Positions 26,076-37,033 of a stretch of DNA of 59,599 nt are shown piece by piece; position 1 is the first letter of the stretch, and each line of letters opens with the position of its first letter. Under the pieces are notes generated by a model that was given only the letters and a program-made list of their open reading frames with translations, did not search any database and had not been told where the DNA came from. The translations under genes and the position numbers were made by a program. This DNA is from a virus (Duplodnaviria; Caudoviricetes): positions 1-59,599 of the IMG/VR virus record IMGVR_UViG_3300043618_000014; one strand, written 5' to 3'.

Positions 26076-27176
26076 TCATCGTACGCCCGGATAGGTAACG
26101 CTCCGTGCGTATCCTCGTTGAACATCGACAGCGTGTGACCACGCTTCCATCCAACGCCACGCGTTCCCGCCGTAGGTGAGCGCCTGTGTGGCAGCCCATC
26201 CCATGTCGGCCTGTTCGCGCCGAAGCGCCTCGTTGGTCATGAGTTCCCGCAGAGCCCGCACCCAATCCCGAGGCCGCTTGGCCATGAAGCCCACACCCGT
26301 TCGTTGGTGGAAGCGTTCGTACTCCACCCGAGGCGACGCCACCCACGGCACACCCAACGCGGACATCTCCAGCACCTTGAGCCGGCTCTTGCCATCGTTG
26401 AACGCCGACTGCGCCAGAGGGGCCACACCCACACCGAGACCGGACACCGCCTCGGGCCACTCCTCAAGAGGCAACCCGCCCGTGGCGGTCACGTCACTCT
26501 CCAGCCCGAGTGCCTCCTTGAAGCCGGCACCCTCGCCGACCACGCGGAAGGCGAACCCCTCGTCGATCAGGGTGCGCGGCGCGTGACCCATGAGAGGCAC
26601 GTCGTCCGGGTGGGAGTGCAGGGAACCCGGGTACCCGAATTCGCTCCCGACGTCCGTGTGGGCGATCGAGTGATAGTGGTCGGGAACGTAGTTGTCGATC
26701 ACCCGGGTCACCCGTGTGCGCGGCGTGTACCGCTTCTCCAGAGCGCGGGTCGTCGTCGTCACCATGGTCGCGTCGCGGCACGCGTTCGCGGCGGACACCC
26801 ACGAGAAGTCGTGACCCGCTTTGGGGTGCAGCCCGACGAACGCCGGGTTGCTCGGGTGAATCGAGGAGAGGTCGTCGTCCATGTCGACGACCACCGCGAT
26901 ACCGGTCTTGCGGATGACGGGGATCGCACGGGCGAGGACGCCGTGGGCCACGCGTTGCATGATCAGGACGTCGGTACCTTCGGGGATCCCGTCCACCCGG
27001 TCGATCGAGCCGTCCGCTTGGACCATCGCACGGAACCCGTCCCGCTTCCCTGGTGTGACGATCGAGACGTCGTGGCCCTGCGCCTGCAAGGCGAGTGCCG
27101 GGTAGATCATGCGGAAGTGGCCGCAGCCGAACGGGTCGGCCGGGTAGACGCAGACCTTCAGCTTGCCCCGGCTCAC
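26076..27176 (-). CDS. Glycosyltransferase (GT-B/GT4-like)
   Basis: D..GCG.FRM..P, DMDDD, APL....FN..KS.LK.LE. Confidence 0.85.
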   Translation of the reverse strand: MSRGKLKVCVYPADPFGCGHFRMIYPALALQAQGHDVSIVTPGKRDGFRAMVQADGSIDRVDGIPEGTDVLIMQRVAHGVLARAIPVIRKTGIAVVVDMDDDLSSIHPSNPAFVGLHPKAGHDFSWVSAANACRDATMVTTTTRALEKRYTPRTRVTRVIDNYVPDHYHSIAHTDVGSEFGYPGSLHSHPDDVPLMGHAPRTLIDEGFAFRVVGEGAGFKEALGLESDVTATGGLPLEEWPEAVSGLGVGVAPLAQSAFNDGKSRLKVLEMSALGVPWVASPRVEYERFHQRTGVGFMAKRPRDWVRALRELMTNEALRREQADMGWAATQALTYGGNAWRWMEAWSHAVDVQRGYARSVTYPGVR

Positions 27177-27682
27177 GCGGACGCCTTTCGCGCGAGGAAC
27201 TTTCGACTTGATTCGGCGCGGCACGCACGACAGTCGCGAGAGGTCTTGTCGCTACCGGGTTGTTGTGGCCGTGCATACGTGTTCGACACGTCGAAAGCGT
27301 GGCCACGGGGGCAATGCGTTTTGAGCGCGTTGTCCGCGCTCGAACCGTGGCCACGTAGGAGGTTTTCTCGGTGAGTGGTCAACGCCAAATGCGACGGACG
27401 AACGCATGCGCGGTGTGAGCACAAGTCGCCACCGGAACAGTTTTCACGCGTGTGACACAGGTGATCGACGTGCATCCCCTTGGGAGTGGGGCCGCAAAAG
27501 ATCGCGTAGGCCGCGCGGTGTGCCCCTGTGTAGGAACCCTGGAAGTACAAGTTCCCGTACCCGTGTGAATTTCGGGCGCCGGTGAAGTACCAGCACCCAT
27601 AGGGATCCGTGGTGCGATCGGTCTTGGAGATCAGTCGAGCCATGTTATCGCCGATGATTCGGACATTCATGGCAATCACCAC
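27173..27682 (-). CDS. HNH homing-type endonuclease
   Basis: CWYFTG....GYG, AHR, DHLC, CVRPSHL, KTHCPRGH; lower GC. Confidence 0.88.
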   Translation of the reverse strand: MVIAMNVRIIGDNMARLISKTDRTTDPYGCWYFTGARNSHGYGNLYFQGSYTGAHRAAYAIFCGPTPKGMHVDHLCHTRENCSGGDLCSHRACVRPSHLALTTHRENLLRGHGSSADNALKTHCPRGHAFDVSNTYARPQQPGSDKTSRDCRACRAESSRKFLARKASA

Positions 27683-28299
27683 CTATCCCCTCGACCCGAC
27701 GTATTACCGGACCAATGGTTCCAAATCCAAGTTCGCTGCGGTACGTGGTGGAACTTGGCTCCCGCCTCGATACACCCGAGGACGAAGTTCCAGTCCTCAC
27801 CGGATCCGCCCGCACCGTCGCCACCCTCGGGCGAGACGTACCCGATCTCCTGTGCCAACGCCGTACGTACCAGTACGGTGACCGTGGTGTGTGTCGGGTT
27901 GAGCGGGTCGAACACCTTCCCGAAGTGCTGCGGGAACGGGTCTCGCCCCGGCGGTGGGATGGTGAACCACGAGAACACGAAGTCCGCCCCGGTCTCCATG
28001 GCCGCTCCGTGCAGCGTGGCCAGGTGGTTCGGGCGGAACGCGTCGTCGTCGTCGAGTAGGGCTACCCACTCCGTGGACGCGGCACGTACCGCGCGCGTAC
28101 GGGTAGGGCCGGCTCCCTCGTGGTGGTGGTCGATCGCCACCGACAGCGCGGACGGCTGAAGGGTCTGCGACGTCACGGACGCTATCGCGCGCAAGAGGCG
28201 CGGCGCACGTGGCGGGATGGACGGGATGCATACGGTGATGCCGGGTCGATGAACGGTCACGAGGGGCCCACTCCCTGGGGATGATCGGTCGTGGGACAT
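27676..28299 (-). CDS. Glycosyltransferase family 2
   Basis: TVCIP, RAIASV..QT, LLDDDD, EDW. Confidence 0.88.
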   Translation of the reverse strand: MSHDRSSPGSGPLVTVHRPGITVCIPSIPPRAPRLLRAIASVTSQTLQPSALSVAIDHHHEGAGPTRTRAVRAASTEWVALLDDDDAFRPNHLATLHGAAMETGADFVFSWFTIPPPGRDPFPQHFGKVFDPLNPTHTTVTVLVRTALAQEIGYVSPEGGDGAGGSGEDWNFVLGCIEAGAKFHHVPQRTWIWNHWSGNTSGRGDRW

Positions 28300-28305
28300 C
28301 CTACG

Positions 28306-29004
28306 TCAGGACACCGGTACCGCTTGCGGGTAGTCGCTCGCGTTCCCGACGCGCCGCAGCGAGAAGTAGCGGGGCGTCTGTGCGTTACCGATGTGTGTGG
28401 CTCCAGCCGTGGCAGAGGAGAGGGTAAGCGAGACGTCCGTGGTCATCGTCGATGTCGGCGTGATGTACCCGATCCACTGGGCCGCTATATTGACGCCGGC
28501 CAACCCGCTGAATCCGGGTCCCGTAGTCCACAGTGTCCCGGCCACGGAAGGCCCTTTGCGGACGCGGTACACGGCGGGCGTGAACGTGGCCGCACTGATC
28601 AACGTTCCCGCTTGCACCTCGTACGCCACACCGGCTCGAAGCGACGCGGACAAGACGGTCAGTACCACGGTCTCCGCGATGATCGCAGCCGTGTTGGATG
28701 TCGACGACGCGGTCATGGGCGCGGTGCTGTCGTCGATGATCGCCATGGCGTACTGCCCCGCCGGTGGGACACGGTCCACCATGACGCGGTCGCCCACCGC
28801 GAGATCTCCTACAAGGGAGACGACCGTGATCCCCACGGTGTCCCCGTCCATGATCACACTCGCCTGTCGCGGTGAGTACAGACCGGTGACGAATTCGACC
28901 GTCCCGGGACGCCGACCCCAGGTCAGCCCCAATCGATCGGCCTGCTTAAGCAGTTCGGTCAACTGAGTGATGTTCGGCGCGCCTTGCGCCCGCTGGTCAG
29001 GCAT
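28306..29004 (-). CDS. Minor tail protein
   Basis: Position after tail genes; N-terminal OB-like GDRV motif, beta-rich. Confidence 0.65.
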   Translation of the reverse strand: MPDQRAQGAPNITQLTELLKQADRLGLTWGRRPGTVEFVTGLYSPRQASVIMDGDTVGITVVSLVGDLAVGDRVMVDRVPPAGQYAMAIIDDSTAPMTASSTSNTAAIIAETVVLTVLSASLRAGVAYEVQAGTLISAATFTPAVYRVRKGPSVAGTLWTTGPGFSGLAGVNIAAQWIGYITPTSTMTTDVSLTLSSATAGATHIGNAQTPRYFSLRRVGNASDYPQAVPVS

Positions 29005-30205
29005 TGTCGTCGTACACCTTCCGCAGCGTGTGTTGCATCGGCGCGCCCTCAAGGAGGGTCATCGTCCACGCCAACTCCAACCACCGCTCACCACGCCACA
29101 GAACGACGTCGTACGAGTCGTGGCGGGGGTCGGGTGGGGTGGACACCTGGGCACGCTCGAACACCGTCTGACGGCGCCCGAGAGACCGCGCCACGGCGGT
29201 CGCCTGATTGTCGTCCCGTAGTTGGATGTCCTGGTAGGAGGGGATGACGAACCCTCGTCGGGCGATCGACCACGGTGCGGCTGCGGGCACGTCGTACCTT
29301 CCGACCACGGGACGATCGGCACTCGCTCCCACGCCCTGGTTGCTCACCACGATGAACCGGTTGGGCGCGATCAAGAGGTCGTCCGAGTAGGCGACACTCC
29401 CCCGGATGGCCTCCCCGAACCGGTCCCAATCCACGAGAGGTACACGGTCCATCGGGTCGAACGTGCGGATCATGTGGAACGACTTGTCGTTCCCGATCCA
29501 CGGGGACCAGTAGTCACCCGCGACCGCGAGAGCTTCGATGATCGAGCCACCGGCCGTACCCGCCTGCCACGCCGCATCGGTGGAGTACTGCGTACCTTCC
29601 ACGTCCGCTTCCACGACGAGGTGCCCACCGGTCTGCGGGAACGAAGTCACCCCGGTGGACAGTGCTCCTTGGAGATTGATCGGGTTGAACAAGGTGTACT
29701 TGTCGAGCAACGCCAGAACGATCACTCGGATGTTCTGGCCGTTGCCCGAGATCGTCTGACTCGATCCTTGTTGCAGCGCCGAGAACCCTTGTTCGATCTG
29801 CTGATTCACCTGGGCGAATTCGTCGGTCAACGACAGCGAAGCCTGATCGCCTGCGGTACTGCCGGCACTCGTTCGGTCACCGGTCATGTACCGCCCGAGG
29901 GGGAACTCAAGGCCGTCGTCCATGACCATGACCGGTTCCACCCGGTGATAGATCGGGTCGAACCGCGCCGTGTCGACGACCCCCAGGGCCAGGGAGAGAG
30001 TGCGCTTGATCGTGCGGCCCGTGTCGTGGGACAGCGTGGGAGAGGAGCCCTTCAACGGCGTCAGCGGTGTCGGATCGCGGTAACCGTCGATGCCTACGAG
30101 ATCGAACCGGAAGGTCGACGCGCGTGAGCCCCGGCGGTACATGTCGAACAGGGGACTCTGCGGCTCTTCGGTGAGCGGAACAGACGTGTCGAACGGTGAG
30201 GTCAC
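28997..30205 (-). CDS. Minor tail protein (hub-like)
   Basis: Synteny; FPLGRY, PDPRHD..DVV motifs. Confidence 0.7.
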   Translation of the reverse strand: MTSPFDTSVPLTEEPQSPLFDMYRRGSRASTFRFDLVGIDGYRDPTPLTPLKGSSPTLSHDTGRTIKRTLSLALGVVDTARFDPIYHRVEPVMVMDDGLEFPLGRYMTGDRTSAGSTAGDQASLSLTDEFAQVNQQIEQGFSALQQGSSQTISGNGQNIRVIVLALLDKYTLFNPINLQGALSTGVTSFPQTGGHLVVEADVEGTQYSTDAAWQAGTAGGSIIEALAVAGDYWSPWIGNDKSFHMIRTFDPMDRVPLVDWDRFGEAIRGSVAYSDDLLIAPNRFIVVSNQGVGASADRPVVGRYDVPAAAPWSIARRGFVIPSYQDIQLRDDNQATAVARSLGRRQTVFERAQVSTPPDPRHDSYDVVLWRGERWLELAWTMTLLEGAPMQHTLRKVYDDNA

Positions 30206-32718
30206 GGCGCTGTCCCCAGGTCGAAGGGCACGGGGAGGTCCAACTGTTCGACCACGTTGACGTTCAGGTGTTCGATGTGATTTCCCTTGGGGAAACGTCG
30301 ATCGAACCGGGACGTCGGAATCTCAAGGCTCCCGTACCAACGGTCACCCTCGCCGTTGCGGACGCACACATACGGGTTGGTCCACGAGTACAGATCACCG
30401 ATGCGATTCCACGCGAGGGTACGCAGGTTGGCGAAGCGCAGGCCCATGGCCGTGTTGGGAGTGGCCATGCCCTGGTTGGTCAGGAGCGTGATCGAGAAGG
30501 CTTCACCACCGCGCTCCGTGCCATGGAACCCGACCCGGTTGTTCCGGCCGTACATCTCCTGGTAGGTGACCCCGGTCCCCTCGAAGTACGAAAGGTTCAA
30601 CGGCGGTTGAGTGTCACCCACTTCGATGAACGCGAAGCTGTACACCCCGAACAGATCCCACGTGCTGGTGAATGTCCACACCGACGGATGGGTGGCGGGG
30701 ATCGTGGCCGCGACCGTGGACGAGAACGGCCCGAGGATCCCGTAGTCGGTGACAACACGAACCTGGTAGCGAGAGGCCACACCGATTCTCGCCTCCCGGT
30801 CGGGGAAACCCGTTACCGAAGGATCAAAAAGCGTCGCGACCGTTTGCCACGTCGCGTCCACGTCGTCCTGTCGCTGCACCTCGTAGTACCCGAACGTGCC
30901 GGACGCGGAGGGAGCGGACGTGAGGATGGATGTCCACGACACGCCGAGACTCGACATACCCGTGGGGACACACGCGCCCGGGGTACCGCAGTCCAGGGAG
31001 ATCGGCGACAGGGCGAACGTGTCCACGGTCACGGCCAGCCCCGTGGGGGTCGGCGGATCCTGCACCACGTAGAACGCGATGTCCTCGTTGACCCGCGTTC
31101 CTGTCGGAGGGTAACTGGGGGACGCGAACGACGTGGCGTAGTTGCTGTTGCCGTTGTTGGTCGAGCCACCTTCGGACAAGATCTGCCACTGGGATCCGGT
31201 GGCTGCGGGGGAGGACCAGGTGATCGTTTGAGACGTGCCCACCACCGGCGGGGCCGGGAACCGTAGCGTGACCTGTCGCCATCCGTCCGCGATCTCGGGC
31301 AGCGCCAGGAAATCGGCGCACGTGATGGACACGGAAGCGCCGAGACTCGCGATGGACGCGGTCAGCGCCGGTACGCCGGTGCAGTCCTCGGTGAACCGTC
31401 GTGCCCAGAAGCGAATCCAGGGATACGGCGTGGTGTCGACCGCCGTGACGATCCACGGTTGCGTGACGTTCGAGCCCGCGAACACGGGCGCGCCCAACCT
31501 CTTGCCGTACGCGTGCGTGTAGTCGATCGACGCACCGCCGTACGTCTCCGACATGGCCAGGTACGGGAGGACTCGGGATTCCTCCGCGTCGAACTGCTCA
31601 CCCACCCGAGACGCACGGTCCAACTCGACACCACGTAGTACGGCGTTGGGCATGGGGTACAACTCACGAAGCGCCTGCGCCGTGGGCTTACCGCCGTCCT
31701 CCGCGAACGCGATGTCGAAGAAGGTCACGGACGTGTCCCCGGGGTCGCCCATGCACGAGGTAAGCGCGTAGTCCCCGATCGGGAGAGACGTCCCCGTGAC
31801 AAAGGTCGTGGCTGTTCGCAACACGACCAGGTTGGCCGTGTTGCCCACCTGGTACTGCGTATCCGGGAAGGCGAGTGCACCGGTCGAACTGACGACGGAG
31901 GCACCGAATCGAAGTCGGTTCTCCGTGCAGTAAGTGATTTCCATGGCCAGGTATTGGACGGCCAACTGGAGTGTGGTGGGCGAGTTGATTTGGAATCGCC
32001 ACCGCAGCAGCAAGCCCACCGTGTTGAATCCTTGCAACTCTTGATTGCGCCACGGGTAACGTTGGTTGCCCGCCGAGGCAGGGTCCAGGATCGCGAACGG
32101 GTTGATCTCTCCGAGGGAGATACGGGATACCTGCGTGATGTCCTCCGAGAACAATGTTCCGGAAGCGTCCAGCACGCCGGACCCATAGAATTCGGAGCCA
32201 CCGAGAGCTGTGTGGACGGACGTGAAATTGCTTGTCCCGTTGACCCAATCCCCTGACGCCGTGTAGGCGATCGACACGTTGAGGATTCGCTTGTTCATCA
32301 GCTCCGTGTTTACGGATGCCATGTCAAACGAGAGGTCCAGGGTGGTCGGATTGGACGTGAACGTCACTCCCCCACCGGCGGCCGGGGATGCCAGGGCCGC
32401 GACGATATCGGCGGTCGCGGCAGGTGAGGTCGTCCCGGCCACCACGGTCGCGGAGACTACGGGGACGGTCAACGTCTTGATCTCGCCGACCTCGTTCTCT
32501 TCCCCGGCGGGGTAGAGCGCGAGCAAGGGGTACTGCTTGACCACCTGTGCGGCGGGGACCGCCTCAAGGTAGAACTGTCCGGTGAGCGGCGTCTTGACGG
32601 ATGTGGCCCGGAACCGATAGCCGCGTTCGGTCCCCGAGTCCATGGCGTACGGAGCGGGGACGATGCCCACCCACTCGTTACCCACGACGTCCGGATCGTT
32701 CGGGTTGTAATCCACCAT
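30202..32718 (-). CDS. Minor tail protein (distal tail, FN3-like segment)
   Basis: Immediately after tape measure; PPTPTGLAV..W..Y.VQR. Confidence 0.7.
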   Translation of the reverse strand: MVDYNPNDPDVVGNEWVGIVPAPYAMDSGTERGYRFRATSVKTPLTGQFYLEAVPAAQVVKQYPLLALYPAGEENEVGEIKTLTVPVVSATVVAGTTSPAATADIVAALASPAAGGGVTFTSNPTTLDLSFDMASVNTELMNKRILNVSIAYTASGDWVNGTSNFTSVHTALGGSEFYGSGVLDASGTLFSEDITQVSRISLGEINPFAILDPASAGNQRYPWRNQELQGFNTVGLLLRWRFQINSPTTLQLAVQYLAMEITYCTENRLRFGASVVSSTGALAFPDTQYQVGNTANLVVLRTATTFVTGTSLPIGDYALTSCMGDPGDTSVTFFDIAFAEDGGKPTAQALRELYPMPNAVLRGVELDRASRVGEQFDAEESRVLPYLAMSETYGGASIDYTHAYGKRLGAPVFAGSNVTQPWIVTAVDTTPYPWIRFWARRFTEDCTGVPALTASIASLGASVSITCADFLALPEIADGWRQVTLRFPAPPVVGTSQTITWSSPAATGSQWQILSEGGSTNNGNSNYATSFASPSYPPTGTRVNEDIAFYVVQDPPTPTGLAVTVDTFALSPISLDCGTPGACVPTGMSSLGVSWTSILTSAPSASGTFGYYEVQRQDDVDATWQTVATLFDPSVTGFPDREARIGVASRYQVRVVTDYGILGPFSSTVAATIPATHPSVWTFTSTWDLFGVYSFAFIEVGDTQPPLNLSYFEGTGVTYQEMYGRNNRVGFHGTERGGEAFSITLLTNQGMATPNTAMGLRFANLRTLAWNRIGDLYSWTNPYVCVRNGEGDRWYGSLEIPTSRFDRRFPKGNHIEHLNVNVVEQLDLPVPFDLGTAP

Positions 32719-35700
32719 CAGAGAGTCCCCACTGCCATGCGCGCGTCACGCCGCGCCAATTCGTCCGCGATACCCGACCCTACGGCCTGACCCGTGGCGT
32801 ACGCCTGCGACTCGCTCGGGACGACCCCGGAGAACACCACTTGGATGGCGCCCGGTCCGAAGACCGCGCCGCCCCCGGCAACGGGTGCGGCGCCCGCGCT
32901 CACCGGTGTGAAGCTCCCCGTGATGCCCGGGTTGGTCAGGCTCGCCCCGGTGAGGTTGATGCCCGGCATGGCAGCCGCGCGGGTGATGGCCTCCGCTGCC
33001 TTGACCACTTCCGCTTCGGTGTTCGTCATGCCGATGGCGAATCCCTCGCCGATCCAGTTGCCCCATTGCTTGCTCACCTTGGACGGGGAGCCGAAGTCGA
33101 ACGCGTCGCTGAAAAAGCCCTTGATCGGATTGATGATGTTGTCGGTGACGACGTTCTTCAACCCGTTCGCAGCACTCTTCAGTCCGTCGATCAATCCGAA
33201 CAGGATGTCCTGCCCCATGCTGTTGAGCCACTCCTTGGCGTTGCCGGCGCCTTCCTTGATCTTGCCCGGCAGATCCTTGAACCATTGGATCACGTCGCCG
33301 ATGGTGCCGGTCACGCTCTCCCAGATGTTGCCCAACCACGTGGTCACGTTGTTCCACGCGGCTTCGAACATGTTGCTCACGGCCGACGCGAGTCGGCCTA
33401 CCGCGTCGCCGGTAAAGAAGTCGATGATATTGTTTATCGTCGACTTCACGAAATTCCAGATATGCGTAAATACATCCTCGATCATTTTCTTCAACGCATT
33501 CCACGCACCGGTGAAATCGCCGGAAAGGAATTTGGTGATCACGTTGAAGATACCGGAAAGGATGTCCCACGCAACTTGGACAATGACGACGATTGCGTCC
33601 CAAGCAATAGAAATGGCCGTCTTCGCGGAGTCGAATGCGGCCGGAAGAACCACGGACATGATGTCCACGAAAATTTCCATGATCGGCCGGACGATCGACA
33701 CACCCAATTCAGCCGCAGCCGCTATCCCGTTGAACACCTTTTCCACGATCGGGAGTAGCGCGTCGAACGCGGGCCCCAGATTGTCCGTGATGAAGTCGAT
33801 CAAGAGGACCAGCATGGGGACCAGGAGTTCCAGGACCATGACACGCATGTCGACCCAAGCACCGATGATCTTGAATACCGCCGGTGCGAGTCGCTCGATC
33901 AGCTCACCCGTGAGCCGTCCCAAAAGCTCGATCAGCGGGGCCAGGGCATCGGCCAACTGTTCGAGTGGGGGCATGAACTCCTGAAGCTTCGGGAGGAGCA
34001 TGACGAACCCGGCCACGATCGCGTCGATGCCCGGCTTCAGCCCGATGAACGCCCGCGTGAGCGCACCGCCCAGGGTGTCCGAGATGCGCTGAAGGGACGG
34101 CTGAATGGCCGCGAACACAAGCTGAAGCGCGGTCACGGCGGGGGTGAGCGAGGTCGCGAACATGCTGGTGATCTTGGCTACCGCATTGACCAACGGCATG
34201 AGCGCCGTAAGTAGTCCACCCGTGATCCGAATCAGCGCGACCATGGCATTGGCCACGAAGTCGAGCGCCGGCGTCAGCTCTTCGAGCATGGTGACCAAAG
34301 GGTCGATCAACGAGATGGTCGCGTCGAACGCCGCTCCGAGCACACTGCCGAAAGCCGCAGCGACATCCCCGACGATCGGAAGCAGGCGAGGGAGTTCCTG
34401 CACCAACGCCGCGACCGCGAGCGTCAGGGAGTCCAGGATGTCCAGTACCCCGCCGGACAGTTGGACGCTCATGTCGGCGAACCCCGCGACCAGGGAGTCA
34501 AGCCACGCCCCGTCGAATCCGGCGCCCACGTTCGCGAGGTTCGCCGTGAAGTCGTCGAACAACGGTCCGATCGGGGCGAGAGCGTCGAACAGGTCGCCGG
34601 CCTTCTCGGCGAGCAACCCGAACCCGGAGCGCGCTAGATCGTTGGCCTGATCGTTGAGCCCGGGGAGCTTGTCGCCCACGTTGCCCAGGAACGTGGCCAC
34701 GTTCTGAAGCAACGGCTCGATCGTCTGGAGTGAGGACGTCAGCCGCGTGGCCATGATCGTAGCGAAGGTGGCGAACAGCTCGACCAGAGGACCCATGACG
34801 ATGGAGAGGGACTCCATGACCTGGGAGAGCAACCCGAACGAGGCGATGAGGAACGACTGCCCCGTGTCGCTGCCGAACGCTTCGTCCAACTTCTGAGTGA
34901 TGTTCTCCAGAACACTCAGGATCCCGACGCCCGCCGCGCCCGCCTCGGTGGTCAGGCTCCCGAAGATCGACCCGACGTTGGCCAGGATCCGGCCCAATTG
35001 CTGGAACCCGGCGAGCGAGTCATTGATCCACTTCTCCATGCGTCCGTCGCCTGCGGCAGCGGTCACGAACACGGCGAAGCGATCGATCAGTCGGCCGATC
35101 GAATCGTACATGCGGTCGATGAACCCGGACCCCACGAGGAACAGGCTGCCGAACGCGGGCGCCAACCGTTCGAGGGGACCTTGCAACCCGGCCACGCCCG
35201 ACGTGGTCTTGGCAAGCACCGCGTCCAACCCGGCGAACAGGTTGCTCTTGGTCGCGGCGTCAAGGAACCCGGCCGCGACGTCGCCCAGTGCGGCGGAGAG
35301 CTTGGGCAGGCGCGCCGTGGCCACATCTTCCGCGACCGCCGCGAAGTCGTGCAACGGTCCGGCGAGACCCTCGAAGAACGATTGTTGAATGGTGCCCTTG
35401 AGGTCACGAAACTGGGCCAGCACACCCGACAATCCCTTGATCGTCTCTTGCGCTGCGGGTGCCAGACCTTCAAGCGACTTGGCGAACTTGTCGATGTCCC
35501 CGCTCATACCGGCGCTGATGGCGTCCTTGACCCCCAGGAGAGCGACTCCGAGCGTCTTCGTCACAGCCGTGAACGAGAGGATGGCAGCCGGGGCCACGAG
35601 TGCCACGCCTGCCAACTGCTCCATCGTGGCGACCGCAGCCGCGCCCGCCTGCACGAACGCGGCCATGCCCAGGGAGGCCGCTACCGCAGCCTTGCTCAGG

Positions 35701-36290
35701 GACGTGAACGCACTCACGCCGCGCCCGGCCATCCCGGTGAGCGCCGACCCCAGCGAACCGACTGACGACAGCGCGCGGTTGGACCCGTCCCGCAGCAGGG
35801 ACAGCGCTGCGTTGGCTACCAGGACGCCCCGGGAGATCTCGGATCCGATCGCGTCCCCCGCGTCGTCCGCGTCACCCTGTATCGCGAGGGTGGTTCGCTC
35901 CGACTCCAGACGCATGTTCGTCAGTGCCGCGTCCATGCGGTCGCTGCTCTGCTCGCTCGCGCGCTCGAAGGACGCGGCGATGTCGCGAGCGGCCTGGGCG
36001 AACGACGCTTCGAGGCGGTCGGTACTCGTGGTGGAGATGCGTTCGAACGACCGCTCGATCGACTGCGCCGTGTTGCGCATCTCCGACTGAATCTCGTTCG
36101 ACGCGCGCGAGAACTCGATCACCATAAGGTCGGTGTTGTTCGCGACCGTGTGGCGGAGGGTGTCCCACGTACGATCGAAGTTCCGTTCAAGGGAGTCCAA
36201 CACCCGATCGGTGTCCGCCGTGAGGCTGTTTTGGAACGCGTCCGTCACGGCCTGAACGGTGATCGACGCGGAACCGATCGGGGTTGTCAC
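32718..36290 (-). CDS. Tape measure protein
   Basis: 1190 aa Ala/Gly/Leu-rich helical; W/F periodic repeats; FGSPSK motif. Confidence 0.92.
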   Translation of the reverse strand: MTTPIGSASITVQAVTDAFQNSLTADTDRVLDSLERNFDRTWDTLRHTVANNTDLMVIEFSRASNEIQSEMRNTAQSIERSFERISTTSTDRLEASFAQAARDIAASFERASEQSSDRMDAALTNMRLESERTTLAIQGDADDAGDAIGSEISRGVLVANAALSLLRDGSNRALSSVGSLGSALTGMAGRGVSAFTSLSKAAVAASLGMAAFVQAGAAAVATMEQLAGVALVAPAAILSFTAVTKTLGVALLGVKDAISAGMSGDIDKFAKSLEGLAPAAQETIKGLSGVLAQFRDLKGTIQQSFFEGLAGPLHDFAAVAEDVATARLPKLSAALGDVAAGFLDAATKSNLFAGLDAVLAKTTSGVAGLQGPLERLAPAFGSLFLVGSGFIDRMYDSIGRLIDRFAVFVTAAAGDGRMEKWINDSLAGFQQLGRILANVGSIFGSLTTEAGAAGVGILSVLENITQKLDEAFGSDTGQSFLIASFGLLSQVMESLSIVMGPLVELFATFATIMATRLTSSLQTIEPLLQNVATFLGNVGDKLPGLNDQANDLARSGFGLLAEKAGDLFDALAPIGPLFDDFTANLANVGAGFDGAWLDSLVAGFADMSVQLSGGVLDILDSLTLAVAALVQELPRLLPIVGDVAAAFGSVLGAAFDATISLIDPLVTMLEELTPALDFVANAMVALIRITGGLLTALMPLVNAVAKITSMFATSLTPAVTALQLVFAAIQPSLQRISDTLGGALTRAFIGLKPGIDAIVAGFVMLLPKLQEFMPPLEQLADALAPLIELLGRLTGELIERLAPAVFKIIGAWVDMRVMVLELLVPMLVLLIDFITDNLGPAFDALLPIVEKVFNGIAAAAELGVSIVRPIMEIFVDIMSVVLPAAFDSAKTAISIAWDAIVVIVQVAWDILSGIFNVITKFLSGDFTGAWNALKKMIEDVFTHIWNFVKSTINNIIDFFTGDAVGRLASAVSNMFEAAWNNVTTWLGNIWESVTGTIGDVIQWFKDLPGKIKEGAGNAKEWLNSMGQDILFGLIDGLKSAANGLKNVVTDNIINPIKGFFSDAFDFGSPSKVSKQWGNWIGEGFAIGMTNTEAEVVKAAEAITRAAAMPGINLTGASLTNPGITGSFTPVSAGAAPVAGGGAVFGPGAIQVVFSGVVPSESQAYATGQAVGSGIADELARRDARMAVGTL

Positions 36291-36293
36291 GGG

Positions 36294-36631
36294 CTACCTC
36301 CTGTTGCGAGACGCGTCCAACGTCATCGCTGCCATCCGCGACGCCATGGCGGCGTCCTCGTCACCCTTCCACCACGCGGGTGCCCACGAGTCTTCCTCGG
36401 GGATGTCCCGGTGATGGTCGATGTCCCCGATCCACTCGTTCATGATCTGCGTACGCGCGTCCTTGTCCAGGTCCACTTCGGTGGTGATCCAGTGTTGGAA
36501 CAAGTCCAACGCGTCCGCCAACCACAGTTCGAGCGGGTCTATGCCTCGGGCGAGACACCATCCTCGCCATGAGTGCCAGGTTGCCCGTTGGGAGGCGACT
36601 CGGATGATTCCGAATACTGCTGTGTAGGGCG
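36294..36631 (-). CDS. Tail assembly chaperone frameshift extension
   Basis: -1 frame open from CGCCCTAC: PYTAVFG...W.GWC..RGIDPL. Confidence 0.6.
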
Positions 36632-36943
36632 CAGCCCTTGTCGCTCCATGACGTAGTGGAGCATGTCCACCAGTTGCTCGGGGTCCACCGGCTCGTCCTC
36701 GTCGGAGACGACCGCCGCGAACGCTTCCTTCGAGGAGCTGTGCAGAAGCATCCCGAACATTTCGACGATCTTCCCAAGCTGCTCCCCGCCGGTCGCCTTG
36801 TTCAGTTCGTCCTTGACGTTCATCGCCTGTTGAGCGGTGGCGATACCCACGGCCGGCTTGGCTCGAAGCTCCACGCCGTTGATCTCGAACCAAATCGGTT
36901 CGCGCTTTTTGGTGAACGACTTCATGACTACCGGACTGCTCAT
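36539..36943 (-). CDS. Tail assembly chaperone
   Basis: Upstream of tape measure; ...GLRPT motif. Confidence 0.75.
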   Translation of the reverse strand: MSSPVVMKSFTKKREPIWFEINGVELRAKPAVGIATAQQAMNVKDELNKATGGEQLGKIVEMFGMLLHSSSKEAFAAVVSDEDEPVDPEQLVDMLHYVMERQGLRPTQQYSESSESPPNGQPGTHGEDGVSPEA

Positions 36944-37033
36944 GCCCACTCCCCATCCACGTCGCCCACGCCATCACGGCGTAGGGCCCACGACACGTAC
37001 TCGATCAGTATCTCGCGTGAAAGATCCGTCGCC

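Noticed and set aside
33400-33720. Foreign insertion in the tape measure gene (AT-richer stretch)
   Set aside because: Frame intact; largely explained by Ile/Phe/Asn/Lys-rich repeats, at most ordinary mosaicism
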